Shown: positions 40,873 to 51,442, numbered from the stretch's first letter. The stretch is 58,231 bases of DNA from Chitinophagaceae bacterium (GCA_020854215.1 JADZFY010000286.1:1-58231), one strand, 5' to 3'. Program-made: numbers and translations. The notes: a model not told the origin generated them from the sequence alone.

Positions 40873-41703
40873 ATGGCTAAAAAGAGAGTACTAATTACTG
40901 TTGCAACCTATCCACTACCATCGCGTAGCTACGATGAGTTAGTATGTACAGCGGGAATTTTAGAAACGGGTGAATGGATCAGAATTTATCCCGTTCCATT
41001 AAAATTCTTGAGAGGATTGCGTAAAAACGGAAAAATAGAATCATTTAAATATAATTGGATAGAGTTAGACTTGAAAAAGCGGGCCGATGATTTTCGTCCC
41101 GAAAGCCATTCGCCAATAAACTATGATTTTAAAGACATAGAAGTATTTGGTAAAATAGACACCAAAAACAATTGGGCTGAACGTAAAAAGTATTGCACGT
41201 CTAAAGTTTACACAAATCTTTCGAACCTTATTGAAGAATCCAAAGCGCCAACAAATGTTTCTTTGGCAACATTTAAACCAACAAAAATTATCGAATTTGT
41301 AATTGAGGAAGAAGAAAATCGCGAATGGAAGGACGAATGGAAAGAGTTGCGTAAACAAGGTGATTTATTTGAACAGGACAGAAACCCTGAAATTACTATC
41401 CCAAAACTACCCTATAAATTTTACTACCGTTTCGCAGACGATACAAAAAAAGAAAGACGTTTAATGATAGAAGATTGGGAAATAGGTGCATTATATTGGA
41501 ATTGTTTGAAAACGGCAAAAGGTAACGAAACAGACGCATTGAAAAAAGTTCGTGAAAAATACGAACAGGAGTTTATCAACGAAAAGGATATTTACCTTTT
41601 TCTCGGTACGACAAAAGAATGGCATATGCGTAGAGCAAAAAATCCATTTGTAATTATTGGAGTTTTCTATCCTAAAAAAGAAATACAGACGTCATTGTTT
41701 TAA
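40873..41703 (+). CDS. Hypothetical protein, dual-OB-like, with two clamp-binding-like motifs
   Basis: TYP.PS..Y.E.VCTAG...GEWIRIYPV N-terminus, D.RPES, DWE.GAL, LFLGT; QGDLF internally and QTSLF at the C-terminus; starts 2 nt after the DUF488 gene. Confidence 0.65.
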   Translation: MAKKRVLITVATYPLPSRSYDELVCTAGILETGEWIRIYPVPLKFLRGLRKNGKIESFKYNWIELDLKKRADDFRPESHSPINYDFKDIEVFGKIDTKNNWAERKKYCTSKVYTNLSNLIEESKAPTNVSLATFKPTKIIEFVIEEEENREWKDEWKELRKQGDLFEQDRNPEITIPKLPYKFYYRFADDTKKERRLMIEDWEIGALYWNCLKTAKGNETDALKKVREKYEQEFINEKDIYLFLGTTKEWHMRRAKNPFVIIGVFYPKKEIQTSLF

Positions 41704-42057
41704 TCACAAAACAAAAAAGCACAGCCACCAAATAATTTTGCTGAAGAACGTGTGACGCCTTTCTGCCGGAGGGAGGGAAGTAGTTGCGCCGCTATTCTAC
41801 TATTAATTTTTGCGCATGTATTAAGGCTATGGCCTTCGAATACAGTGACTTTCCAAACACACCGGACGTTACACGATCGTTGCCCCCTAAAAGGCTGTCT
41901 GAATATAATATCTCGATTAGACACAGATCATTTAAATCTCAATCTGAATATTCGCTATTCGAGCAATAATTTTCCGAACTTATCTTTTAAGAATTTCACG
42001 CCATCGAATATAATGTCCGCTTCCGGTGTTCACGATCTACACCTCCCCTTCCCCTTC

Positions 42058-42786
42058 CTAAAATCTCGACCCTAAAAAATGCGGCAGCATCTTGCGCCAT
42101 GTAGGCCAATCGTGGGTAATATCTTCGCCCCATATATCCAATTCATGGGGTATCGCCTTGGTGTGAAGCACACCCGAAAATCTCCTGTTGGCTTGCGGAT
42201 CTTCATAAGCACCGCTTCCGGTAGCCATAATAATTTTACCCTTACGTATATGGCTGAGAAACCAGTCATCGGTGAGATTGGGGATATAGTGAATTGGAGA
42301 ATTATAATACACCTGCTCGTCATAATATCCGTCTGTATACTCGGTAAGATCATACACGCCGCTCATGGCAATGGTTCCGTTGATCAGATCCGGACGTTTT
42401 AGAAACAGGTTCATCGAATGCAATGCACCAAATGAGGCGCCACTAATGATTACAGGCGTATCCCAGGATGTATGGTTCTTAATAAACGGAATAACTTCAT
42501 TAAATACGTACTCGTTAAACTGGTTATGCCTTATCCCTTTATGTGCCCCTTCCATGGGTTTGTTGAGCCAGCTTTCATTGTTGATACTGTTGATGGAAAA
42601 GACTTTCACCCTGCCTGCGTCAATAAAAGGTGCAATGGCATCAATCAGTTGAAAACGTTCATATTCCAAATAGTCGGCGGCAGCGGTAGGTACCAGCAGC
42701 AGGGCAAAACCATAATGCCCGTAAACAGCAATCGGCATATCCTGCTCCAACGAATGGCTATACCACGAAGTAAGTTCTCTGTTCAT
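42058..42786 (-). CDS. Alpha/beta-hydrolase esterase family protein
   Basis: GASFG nucleophile elbow, MSGVYD, HDWPTW. Confidence 0.85.
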   Translation of the reverse strand: MNRELTSWYSHSLEQDMPIAVYGHYGFALLLVPTAAADYLEYERFQLIDAIAPFIDAGRVKVFSINSINNESWLNKPMEGAHKGIRHNQFNEYVFNEVIPFIKNHTSWDTPVIISGASFGALHSMNLFLKRPDLINGTIAMSGVYDLTEYTDGYYDEQVYYNSPIHYIPNLTDDWFLSHIRKGKIIMATGSGAYEDPQANRRFSGVLHTKAIPHELDIWGEDITHDWPTWRKMLPHFLGSRF

Positions 42787-42849
42787 ACCATTAAATTTGT
42801 ATTAGAAAATAACAAAAATACGTTCTCCTTACACGTCGTAACTGAATAC

Positions 42850-43593
42850 CTATTCCAGTACACCTTCTTTAATCTCTGCCCACAGATCCCGGTAGCATTG
42901 CGCGGCATATCCCGATCTTGCAAAAGTCTCTATGGGTGCTTTATGAATGCCCATCTTTTCTACATCAGAAAGGTACGGTATATAATTCTCGAAAAATTTT
43001 TTGTCTTTAAACAATGTTTCCATGATTTCATTGTGCATATTTTTTCGAAGATCAGCCATGGTGAAAAAGCACATCATCTTCAAAAGATCTATATTCTTTT
43101 CTTTAAAATATTCTTTTACCATATTATAGGTACGAATAGAAAGGGTAGAAGGAATTACCGGCATCAGCACAATGTCGGCAGCGTGAAAAATATTTTCGGA
43201 CAACACAGAGAACCCCGGCGGGCAATCCATAAATACGAAATCGTACACTTTATTCAGCGGCTGAAGAATACTCTTCAATCGCTTTTTAGAAGACTTCATT
43301 TCCTCCAGGATCACATCAAAACTCTTAGCAGAAAGGTCGGCAGGAATAATGTCCAGGTTTTCGTAATCCGTAACCATAATTGCCTCTTCAATATCGGCAT
43401 CTTTTTCAATGAGTTTTTTAATGCCCCCTTTATGCTTGGGCTTGCTTTGGTAGTAAAAACTTGCGGAACCTTGCGGATCAATATCCCACAACAGGGTTTT
43501 ATATCCATCCTGGGCAGCCAAATAGGCAAAATTGACGCAGGAAGCCGTTTTGCCCACCCCGCCTTTTAAGTTGTAAAGTGCAATTGTAACCAT
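42850..43593 (-). CDS. ParA/Soj-family ATPase (orphan)
   Basis: NLKGGVGKT deviant Walker A, WDIDPQG, DCPPG; no parB nearby. Confidence 0.88.
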   Translation of the reverse strand: MVTIALYNLKGGVGKTASCVNFAYLAAQDGYKTLLWDIDPQGSASFYYQSKPKHKGGIKKLIEKDADIEEAIMVTDYENLDIIPADLSAKSFDVILEEMKSSKKRLKSILQPLNKVYDFVFMDCPPGFSVLSENIFHAADIVLMPVIPSTLSIRTYNMVKEYFKEKNIDLLKMMCFFTMADLRKNMHNEIMETLFKDKKFFENYIPYLSDVEKMGIHKAPIETFARSGYAAQCYRDLWAEIKEGVLE

Positions 43594-44212
43594 ACAATGA
43601 ATATATCATTTATTTGCTATAGATAAAAAAGAACATCAGATTTATTCCGCATTCCGGTTTTCTCTCAAAATATTAAGGGGTAAATGAATGGACTTTCTAT
43701 AGTGCAGCCGGGTAAAAATCTTATTGCTCAAAACATTAAACAAAGAAGCGCGAACATCACCCAAACCAACGGCAGGGGGCAATAAAAATAATCATGCAAC
43801 GATTCGCCAGCCAAACAGAAGCATCACCCACAAAATATCATTCCTCCCGACCTTAGGCACCATCTTGGATTTCCGGATCTAAAACTCTAAAATTGCCCGT
43901 TTCATTTACCTATGCTCAATCAACTTCAAATGGTACAAATCACAGTTTTTGTCATTAAAAAAAATCCTTGTGCTGCTTTAACATTATGCTTCCACCTGTT
44001 CACGCGTACCTGCTCCTACCCGATTGTTTCAACACTGTTCTCCCGGGTAGCGCTTTTTGTTATTGTATAAAACATCCGTTAGGCTCCGTGTAAAAACATC
44101 CATCCCCCTGGTTATGTAAAAATTACAAAAGGAGGAGGAAACCATAAACATAAATCCTTAGCTTCAACGTATATATCCAACATGGCATCAACCACCCGTC
44201 AAATATTTTAAA

Positions 44213-45883
44213 ATGAGGAGAAGAAATTTTATTAAGTCGCTTACCGTTGGCGGCGGACTTGTGGCTGCATCCGGCGTACCGCTGCTGGCGCTGTCAAACA
44301 CAGATAAAAAAAATAAACACACTGCAGATATCATCATTTACGGTGGCACTGCAGCGGCCATTACCGCCGCCATTCAGGCCAAAAAAATGAACAAATCGGT
44401 AATTGTGGTATCTCCGGATCAACACCTGGGCGGTATGACATCAGGCGGATTAGGATTTACCGACACCGGTGATAAAACCGTAATTGGAGGACTGGCAAGA
44501 GAATTTTACCATCGCATATACCTCCATTACGACCGCCCGGAGGCCTGGAAGTGGCAACAGAAAGCTGCTTATGGAAATAAAGGGCAGGGCATACCTGCCG
44601 TTGACGGAGAGAATAGAACTATGTGGATATTCGAGCCTCATGTGGCGGAAAAAGTATTTGAAGATTTCGTGAAGGAAAACGACATTATGGTGTTACGCAA
44701 TGAATGGCTGAATCGCGAACATGGTGTAAATACAAAAAACGGAAGGATTCACTCTATTGAAACCCTAAGCGGAAATATTTTTGAGGGAAGAATGTTTATT
44801 GATGCTACTTATGAGGGCGATCTGATGGCAGCCGCAAGAGTAAGCTATACGGTGGGACGGGAATCGGCCAGCACGTATCATGAAAAATGGGGCGGTGTTC
44901 TAACCGGCGTATTCCATCACGGACATTATTTTGAATCCCGTATTGATCCCTACCGAACTCCGGGCAAGCCGTCCAGCGGCCTGCTGCCCCGCATTGCCGC
45001 ACAACCGCCCGGCACAAATGGTGAAGGGGATAATAAAGTACAAGCCTATTGCTACCGGATGTGTTTGTGCGACCACCCCCAAAACAGCATTCCATTTCAG
45101 CAACCTCAGGGTTATGACCCTTACCAATATGAGCTATTGGTGCGTGTATTCAATGCCGGATGGGCCGAACTGTTCCAGAAATTTGATCCCATCCCCAATC
45201 GAAAAACCGATACCAATAACCATGGACCGTTTAGTACAGACAATATCGGGATGAACTATGCCTATCCCGATGCCTCCTATCCCATACGCCGGAAAATTAT
45301 TGAAGAACACCAATCCTACCAGAAGGGACTGATGTATTTTTTGGCAACAGACAAACGTATTCCCCGAGAAATTCAGGACGCGTTCAATACATGGGGACTG
45401 GCAAAAGATGAATTTACTGACAACAACAATTGGCCGCACCAGCTCTATGTACGCGAAGCCAGGCGGATGAGAGGCAGTTATGTGATGACGGAAAATGAAA
45501 TACTGGGAAAAACACCCGTTACAGATGCCATCGGCATGGGCTCCTATACCTTAGATTCACACAACACACAACGTTATGTTACCAAAGAGGGTTTTGTACA
45601 AAACGAAGGTGATTTTGGAGTGCATGTACCCCGGCCATACAGCATATCCTATCAATCTATAGTTCCAAAAGAAGAGGAATGCAAAAATCTGCTGGTACCG
45701 GTTTGCCTGTCCAGCACCCATGTTGCCTACGGGTCCATCCGCATGGAACCGGTATTTATGATTCTCGGCGAATCGGCAGCAACAGCCGCCGCTAATGCCA
45801 TAGACAATCATGTTAGCGTGCAGCGGGTTAATTACACCGGGCTGCAACAGCAGTTGTTAAAGCAGGATCAACGCCTGAAATAA
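44213..45883 (+). CDS. Tat-exported FAD-dependent oxidoreductase
   Basis: MRRRNFIK twin-arginine signal; DIIIYGGTAA, HLGGMTSGGLG, FIDATYEGDL, YVREARR, SIRMEP. Confidence 0.85.
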   Translation: MRRRNFIKSLTVGGGLVAASGVPLLALSNTDKKNKHTADIIIYGGTAAAITAAIQAKKMNKSVIVVSPDQHLGGMTSGGLGFTDTGDKTVIGGLAREFYHRIYLHYDRPEAWKWQQKAAYGNKGQGIPAVDGENRTMWIFEPHVAEKVFEDFVKENDIMVLRNEWLNREHGVNTKNGRIHSIETLSGNIFEGRMFIDATYEGDLMAAARVSYTVGRESASTYHEKWGGVLTGVFHHGHYFESRIDPYRTPGKPSSGLLPRIAAQPPGTNGEGDNKVQAYCYRMCLCDHPQNSIPFQQPQGYDPYQYELLVRVFNAGWAELFQKFDPIPNRKTDTNNHGPFSTDNIGMNYAYPDASYPIRRKIIEEHQSYQKGLMYFLATDKRIPREIQDAFNTWGLAKDEFTDNNNWPHQLYVREARRMRGSYVMTENEILGKTPVTDAIGMGSYTLDSHNTQRYVTKEGFVQNEGDFGVHVPRPYSISYQSIVPKEEECKNLLVPVCLSSTHVAYGSIRMEPVFMILGESAATAAANAIDNHVSVQRVNYTGLQQQLLKQDQRLK

Positions 45884-45925
45884 GCCGGAATTCACGCAAC
45901 AATTTTCATCCTCAAAATGTAATCA

Positions 45926-47653
45926 GTGAAAAGAAGAAGTTTTATTCGATCGCTAAGTATGAGCAGCGGAGCAATGATTGCCGCTCCGGCAATTGTCCTA
46001 TCTGCTGAGACCAAAGGAATTCATAAAAATAAAACGGTAAAGGAAATTTCTGCCGACGTAGTGATAGCCGGAGGAGGTATGGGTGGTTGCGCCGCTGCAA
46101 TAACTGCTTTGCGCAACAGGCTTCGTGTAGTCATGACCGAAGAAACCGACTGGATAGGTGGTCAGCTCACCCAGCAGGGGCTGAGTTGTCCGGATGAACA
46201 TCAATGGATTGAATCTTTTGGCGCCACCCAATTGTATCGCGACCTGCGCACTGCTATCCGCGAATACTATGCGCGTTACTATCCGCTAACCGATACCGCT
46301 AAATCCAATCCACATCTAAACCCGGGCTCTGGCGCCGTTTCCCGGTTATGCCACGAGCCACGTATTGCACTCGCCGTATTGAACAACCTGCTGGCGCCAT
46401 ATCTCGCCTCCGGAAAACTCACCCTTTTGCTACAGCATAAGATGGCGGGTGCCGACGTTAATGGAGACCGCGTAACTGCTCTTCAGTCCCGCTCGCTCCA
46501 AACGAATGATCAAATTACGCTTACGGCACCCTACTTCGTTGATGCTACAGAGTTAGGCGACCTGTTGCCTCTCACAAAAACGGAATATGTTACCGGAGCA
46601 GAATCGCGGCAGGCAACCAGGGAACTTCACGCCTCTGAAAAAGAAGCACCCGGCAATAATCAGGCATTTACTTATTGTTTTGCGATGGATTATCTGCCCG
46701 GTGAAAACCATCTCATTGATAAGCCAACGCAATACAGTTACTGGAGAGATTTGATTCCTGAAATGACGCCACCATGGTCCGGAAAACTATTGTCGTTATC
46801 CTATTCCAATCCATCAACCCTGCAGCCAAAAGCGTTAGGCTTTGATCCTACCGGTAAACCCACCGGACAAATGCTTAACCTATGGAACTATCGGCGCATT
46901 ATTGACAGGAACAATTTTAAACCCGGATTTTTTTCCGGAGATATTACCATAGTAAATTGGCCCCAAAACGATTACTTTAACCGCAATATCATTGACGTTA
47001 CTCCACGGGAGTTCGCGCTTGCACTGGAAGAGGGAAGGCAGCTCAGCCTCTCTCTTTTCTACTGGCTGCAAACCGAAGCTCCCCGTCCGGATGGCGGAGT
47101 GGGCTGGCCCGGACTGCGGTTGCGCGGAGACGTTACCGGAACAACCGACGGGTTAGCAAAATATCCCTACATTCGGGAGTCTCGAAGAATAAAGTCCGCC
47201 TTCACTATTCTGGAAGAACACGTGGGCAAAGAAAACAGAATTTTAGTGGCAGGAGAAAAAGCAGGCAGTAAAGCGGCTGATTTTTTTGACAGCATTGGTA
47301 TTGGTTATTATCATATTGATCTCCATCCCGATACCGGTGGCAACAATTACATTGACTTTGCCTCCCTCCCATTTCAAATACCATTAGGCGCTCTTTTACC
47401 GCAACGAATGCAAAACCTGATTGCCGCCAACAAAAATATAGGCACCACACATATCACCAATGGCTGCTACCGGCTGCACCCGGTGGAATGGAATATTGGC
47501 GAATCCGCGGGGCTATTAGCTGCCTATGCCATTGCAAATAAATTAACACCGCACGGTATTCGGGAAAACAGAAAAACATTGCAGGATTTTCAACAGTTCA
47601 TACAACGTCAGGGAATAGCTATTCAGTGGCCAAAGGAGGTAACAGGTGAATGA
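45926..47653 (+). CDS. Tat-exported FAD-dependent oxidoreductase (second paralog)
   Basis: MKRRSFIR signal; DVVIAGGGMGG, WIGGQLT, VDATELGDL, YIRESRR, YRLHPVEWNIGE. Confidence 0.85.
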   Translation: MKRRSFIRSLSMSSGAMIAAPAIVLSAETKGIHKNKTVKEISADVVIAGGGMGGCAAAITALRNRLRVVMTEETDWIGGQLTQQGLSCPDEHQWIESFGATQLYRDLRTAIREYYARYYPLTDTAKSNPHLNPGSGAVSRLCHEPRIALAVLNNLLAPYLASGKLTLLLQHKMAGADVNGDRVTALQSRSLQTNDQITLTAPYFVDATELGDLLPLTKTEYVTGAESRQATRELHASEKEAPGNNQAFTYCFAMDYLPGENHLIDKPTQYSYWRDLIPEMTPPWSGKLLSLSYSNPSTLQPKALGFDPTGKPTGQMLNLWNYRRIIDRNNFKPGFFSGDITIVNWPQNDYFNRNIIDVTPREFALALEEGRQLSLSLFYWLQTEAPRPDGGVGWPGLRLRGDVTGTTDGLAKYPYIRESRRIKSAFTILEEHVGKENRILVAGEKAGSKAADFFDSIGIGYYHIDLHPDTGGNNYIDFASLPFQIPLGALLPQRMQNLIAANKNIGTTHITNGCYRLHPVEWNIGESAGLLAAYAIANKLTPHGIRENRKTLQDFQQFIQRQGIAIQWPKEVTGE

Positions 47654-47792
47654 AAAAAGTTATTAAAAAAAACCCGTGGCTTTCTTTATTCACCGAGTTG
47701 AAGGTATCAAAAGAAGCATGTATGCTAAGCTGCTCACTGCAATCGAGGGAATTAGCGTTCGGGGATTTTAATCAATGTAATTATGAAAAGCG

Positions 47793-49004
47793 ATGAAAAA
47801 TTTTCTTTTAAATGAGCCGACGAAAAAGTCCGGCTTTCTTGTGATTATTTTATTTTGTACTTCATTTGTCATTTTACAATCAATTGTTGCGCAAGTTGGT
47901 AAAGTGCCCGGCACCGTTGTTTGTCATCAGCCTGCATCTACCCAAAAGTATATTGGTTCTCCAAGCCTTGCCATTTTGCCCAACGGAGATTATATTGCCT
48001 CTCACGATTTTTTCGGACCCGAAAGTTCAGAATGGTCTCAGGCTGAAACGCGAATATTTCGTTCTAAAGACAAAGGCAAATCCTGGAAAAAAATTAGTGA
48101 AATTAAAGGTGCGTTTTGGAGTTCCTTATTTGTACATAAAGGAGTACTTTATTTGCTTGGGCCAGACAGGCATCATGGCAGTGTAATGATCAGAAAATCC
48201 ACAGATGGAGGAAAGCGCTGGACGGTACCGATCAATAAGGAAAATGGCGTTTTGCTGACGGGTGAATATCATTGTGCACCTATGCCTGTGGTCAGCTATG
48301 GCGGCTACTTGTGGCGGCCTATGGAAACGGCATTTGGACCAGTACGGGAATGGGGAAAACGGTATGGCGCTATGGTGATGTTTGCACCTGTTGATGCGGA
48401 TTTGCTGAATGCAAAATCCTGGAAAACCAGTGAAGTGACGCTTTATGACCTTAGCTATCTGGATGGTAATTTCGGCGGATGGCTCGAGGGGAATTTTGTA
48501 GTGGACAAAAATGGACAGATGTGGGATATGCTCCGCGTTGACAACAAGAAGAGTTTTGATGAAAAAGCTGCTATGGTGGCTTTATCGCAAAACGGTAATC
48601 AAACGTATTTTAATAAGGCAACGGGATTTATTCCATTCGATGGGGGAAGCAAGAAGTTTACTGTTAAATATGATAGTGTCTCACAACACTATTGGACCTT
48701 AACAAATAGTATTCCTCAAAAATACAGAGATAAATATCCCGACAGGAATCCGGCTACTTTCAGAAATGTATTAATGCTTCGCCGATCCTACGACCTTATA
48801 CATTGGGAAGACGTAAAAATCATTCTGGAACATCCCGATGTTATCCATCATGGCTTTCAATATGTTGATTTTTTGATTGACGGGAAAGATATATTGTTTC
48901 TTTCAAGAACGGCATTTTTTGACGGGAAGGAGGATGCCCACAATAACCACGATGCCAATTTCCTTACCTTTCACAAAATCTCTGATTTCAGGAGTTTAAA
49001 ATAA
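47793..49004 (+). CDS. Secreted BNR/Asp-box beta-propeller (sialidase-like) glycosidase
   Basis: Signal peptide; YIGSPS, Asp-boxes SKDKGKSW and STDGGKRW, WLEGN, FQYVD. Confidence 0.75.
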   Translation: MKNFLLNEPTKKSGFLVIILFCTSFVILQSIVAQVGKVPGTVVCHQPASTQKYIGSPSLAILPNGDYIASHDFFGPESSEWSQAETRIFRSKDKGKSWKKISEIKGAFWSSLFVHKGVLYLLGPDRHHGSVMIRKSTDGGKRWTVPINKENGVLLTGEYHCAPMPVVSYGGYLWRPMETAFGPVREWGKRYGAMVMFAPVDADLLNAKSWKTSEVTLYDLSYLDGNFGGWLEGNFVVDKNGQMWDMLRVDNKKSFDEKAAMVALSQNGNQTYFNKATGFIPFDGGSKKFTVKYDSVSQHYWTLTNSIPQKYRDKYPDRNPATFRNVLMLRRSYDLIHWEDVKIILEHPDVIHHGFQYVDFLIDGKDILFLSRTAFFDGKEDAHNNHDANFLTFHKISDFRSLK

Positions 49005-49102
49005 ATGAAATGCACGGCAGGCAACAAACGAACTTCATCCATTTTTCCTGAGGAATAGAATAACTTGCACACTTCACTACAATCATTGATGCACCGGAAG
49101 CT

Positions 49103-51343
49103 ATGAATGCGAAAAAAATATACATCCTCCTTGCAATAACAGTTCTTGTAGTGCTGGCTATTTTTTTAGTAGAATGGTACAAGCCCCTGCATAACCAGGA
49201 AATGGACAACATCAAATCACACAGCGCGAATAGTTATGTTGGCGATCAGCAATGCAAAAGCTGTCATACCACGCAATATAACGACTGGCTAAAATCCGAC
49301 CATTTTAAGGCGATGCAGGAACCTGCGGATTCCACGGTACTCGGTAACTTTAACAATGCCCGGTACACGGCAGACGGAGTGACTTCCTACTTTTTTAAGA
49401 AAGGAGAAAAATTCATCATCAACACACAGGGCCATGATGGAAAAAATCACGACTATGAAGTGAAATATACTTTCGGGCATTTTCCGCTGCAACAATACCT
49501 CGTAGAATTTCCAGGAGGCAAATTACAGGCTACGCGCGTAAGCTGGGATAGCAAGGCTAAAAAATGGTTCCACCAGTATGCGGATCAAAAGCTGAACCCC
49601 CACGACTGGTTGCACTGGACAGGTAATGCGCAGAATTGGAATACCATGTGCTCCTCCTGCCACAGTACCGATGTAAAAAAGAATTACGACATTGCATCAG
49701 ACGCCTATCACACTACCTATAGCATTGTAAATGTGAGTTGTGAATCCTGCCACGGGCCCGGCAAACAGCACATTGACTTTATCCATGGCGCGTATGCGAA
49801 GGGCGAGCGAATTCCAAATTCCTTTCTTCGTGTGGGTAAAAATGTTAACCAACTAACGGAGATCAATACCTGCGCCCCCTGCCATGCCGTTAAAGGAGAC
49901 ATCAGCGCCGATCTCATTCACAGCACGGAGTTATTGGATAATTATATTCCTACTGTACCCAATACGCAACGTTTTTATGCAGACGGACAGATTAATGATG
50001 AGGATTTTATTTATGCATCCTTTCTACAGAGCAAAATGTACCGGCACAATGTAAGTTGCCGCAATTGCCATAATACGCATAGTGGAAAAGTATTGTATGC
50101 CGCCAATCAGCTATGCCTGCAATGCCATGAAAAGAAATACGATGATCTGTCTCACACATTCCATCAGGTAAATACAATCGGATCCGAATGTAAGAGCTGT
50201 CACATGGCGGGAAAAACATACATGGGTAATGACCTGAGACACGACCATAGTTTCAGGGTACCACGGCCCGACCTCTCGGTAAAATATGGAACACCCAACG
50301 CCTGCAATTCATGCCATAAAGATAAAACAGCAGCGTGGGCAGCAGCGGCCGTAGTAAAATGGTACGGACCCGCCAGAAAATATCATTTTTCGGACGACCT
50401 CATTCCCGGAAGCCAACTGGATGGCAACAGTGAAACGCATTTAACCAAATTGTTGTCCGACACATCAGTACCTGAAATCGTCAAAGCCACCGCAATCAAT
50501 TATCTCGGCAGGCTGCTCACCCCAACCAGCATGAATACCATCATCAGCTATCTGAAAGACAGTGATGCGCAGATCCGGTACGAAGCAGCAAGAAGTTTAA
50601 TGAATTTTCCGAAGGAACAGCATATCAACGAAATCGGCGCATTGCTTAGCGACAAAGTCCGGGCTGTGCGCATAGCAGGCGCCGACTTATTAACCGGCTT
50701 TCCGGCGGGGCAGATTCCCTCTCCCTACCTGGATGCGCTATCAAAGGCCGGAAAAGAATTGAACAACTACTATCTCTATCAGGCAGACTTTGCACATGGT
50801 AATATTTCTATCGCAGACTATTACCTGCGAATCAACGATCAGCAAAATGCCGAGCGTTTTTATCTTCGGGCCCTAAAAATGGACAGCCTCGCCAACCTTC
50901 CTCGGATAGACCTGTCCATACTCTATAATTCGCAGGGAAGAAACAAAGAAGCTCTGGCGCTTTTAGAGAATGCCGCAAAAATTGATCCTATCAATCCGGA
51001 AATTTTTTATAACATGGCATTGTTGCACAATGAAATGAATAACAAAGAAGCATCGCTGCAGAATTTTGAAAAAGCCTACCGGCTGAAATCGAATAATCCC
51101 GGACTGTATTATAATTACGGATTGCTGCTGCAACAAAGCGGCAACGTTGATAAAGCAGTGAAAATTTTGGAAGAGGGCCTAAAGACAGATCCCACATCCA
51201 CCAGGCTCCACTATGCGTTGGCCTTTACCTTTCTGCAGCATAAACAATTGCAACAGGCAAGAAGCCATGCCACTATTCTAAAGAAACTTGATCCTGCCAA
51301 TCCGGAGTATCAGCAACTTTTCTCGGTGCTGGGGATACATTAA
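49103..51343 (+). CDS. Octaheme c-type cytochrome with HEAT and TPR repeats
   Basis: N-terminal TM anchor; eight CxxCH motifs (CKSCH, CSSCH, CESCH, CAPCH, CRNCH, CLQCH, CKSCH, CNSCH); HEAT-like LSDKVRAVRIA; C-terminal TPRs. Confidence 0.88.
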   Translation: MNAKKIYILLAITVLVVLAIFLVEWYKPLHNQEMDNIKSHSANSYVGDQQCKSCHTTQYNDWLKSDHFKAMQEPADSTVLGNFNNARYTADGVTSYFFKKGEKFIINTQGHDGKNHDYEVKYTFGHFPLQQYLVEFPGGKLQATRVSWDSKAKKWFHQYADQKLNPHDWLHWTGNAQNWNTMCSSCHSTDVKKNYDIASDAYHTTYSIVNVSCESCHGPGKQHIDFIHGAYAKGERIPNSFLRVGKNVNQLTEINTCAPCHAVKGDISADLIHSTELLDNYIPTVPNTQRFYADGQINDEDFIYASFLQSKMYRHNVSCRNCHNTHSGKVLYAANQLCLQCHEKKYDDLSHTFHQVNTIGSECKSCHMAGKTYMGNDLRHDHSFRVPRPDLSVKYGTPNACNSCHKDKTAAWAAAAVVKWYGPARKYHFSDDLIPGSQLDGNSETHLTKLLSDTSVPEIVKATAINYLGRLLTPTSMNTIISYLKDSDAQIRYEAARSLMNFPKEQHINEIGALLSDKVRAVRIAGADLLTGFPAGQIPSPYLDALSKAGKELNNYYLYQADFAHGNISIADYYLRINDQQNAERFYLRALKMDSLANLPRIDLSILYNSQGRNKEALALLENAAKIDPINPEIFYNMALLHNEMNNKEASLQNFEKAYRLKSNNPGLYYNYGLLLQQSGNVDKAVKILEEGLKTDPTSTRLHYALAFTFLQHKQLQQARSHATILKKLDPANPEYQQLFSVLGIH

Positions 51344-51442
51344 TTTACTTTAGTTTACCAAAGAATGATGACTATCGAAGACAATTACGTGGGAATGGGT
51401 ACATGAGAAAGAAATCGTTCTCCTTATTTCCCAAACAGGATC

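Noticed and set aside
42472-43569. 365-aa plus-strand ORF (also 3669-4319, 24292-24954, 28903-29583)
   Set aside because: Antisense shadows of well-supported genes (parA/esterase, nrdJ, SNF2, xth) with no motifs of their own.
42850-43593. Plasmid or ICE partition system
   Set aside because: Orphan ParA without parB, parS repeats, rep or conjugation genes.
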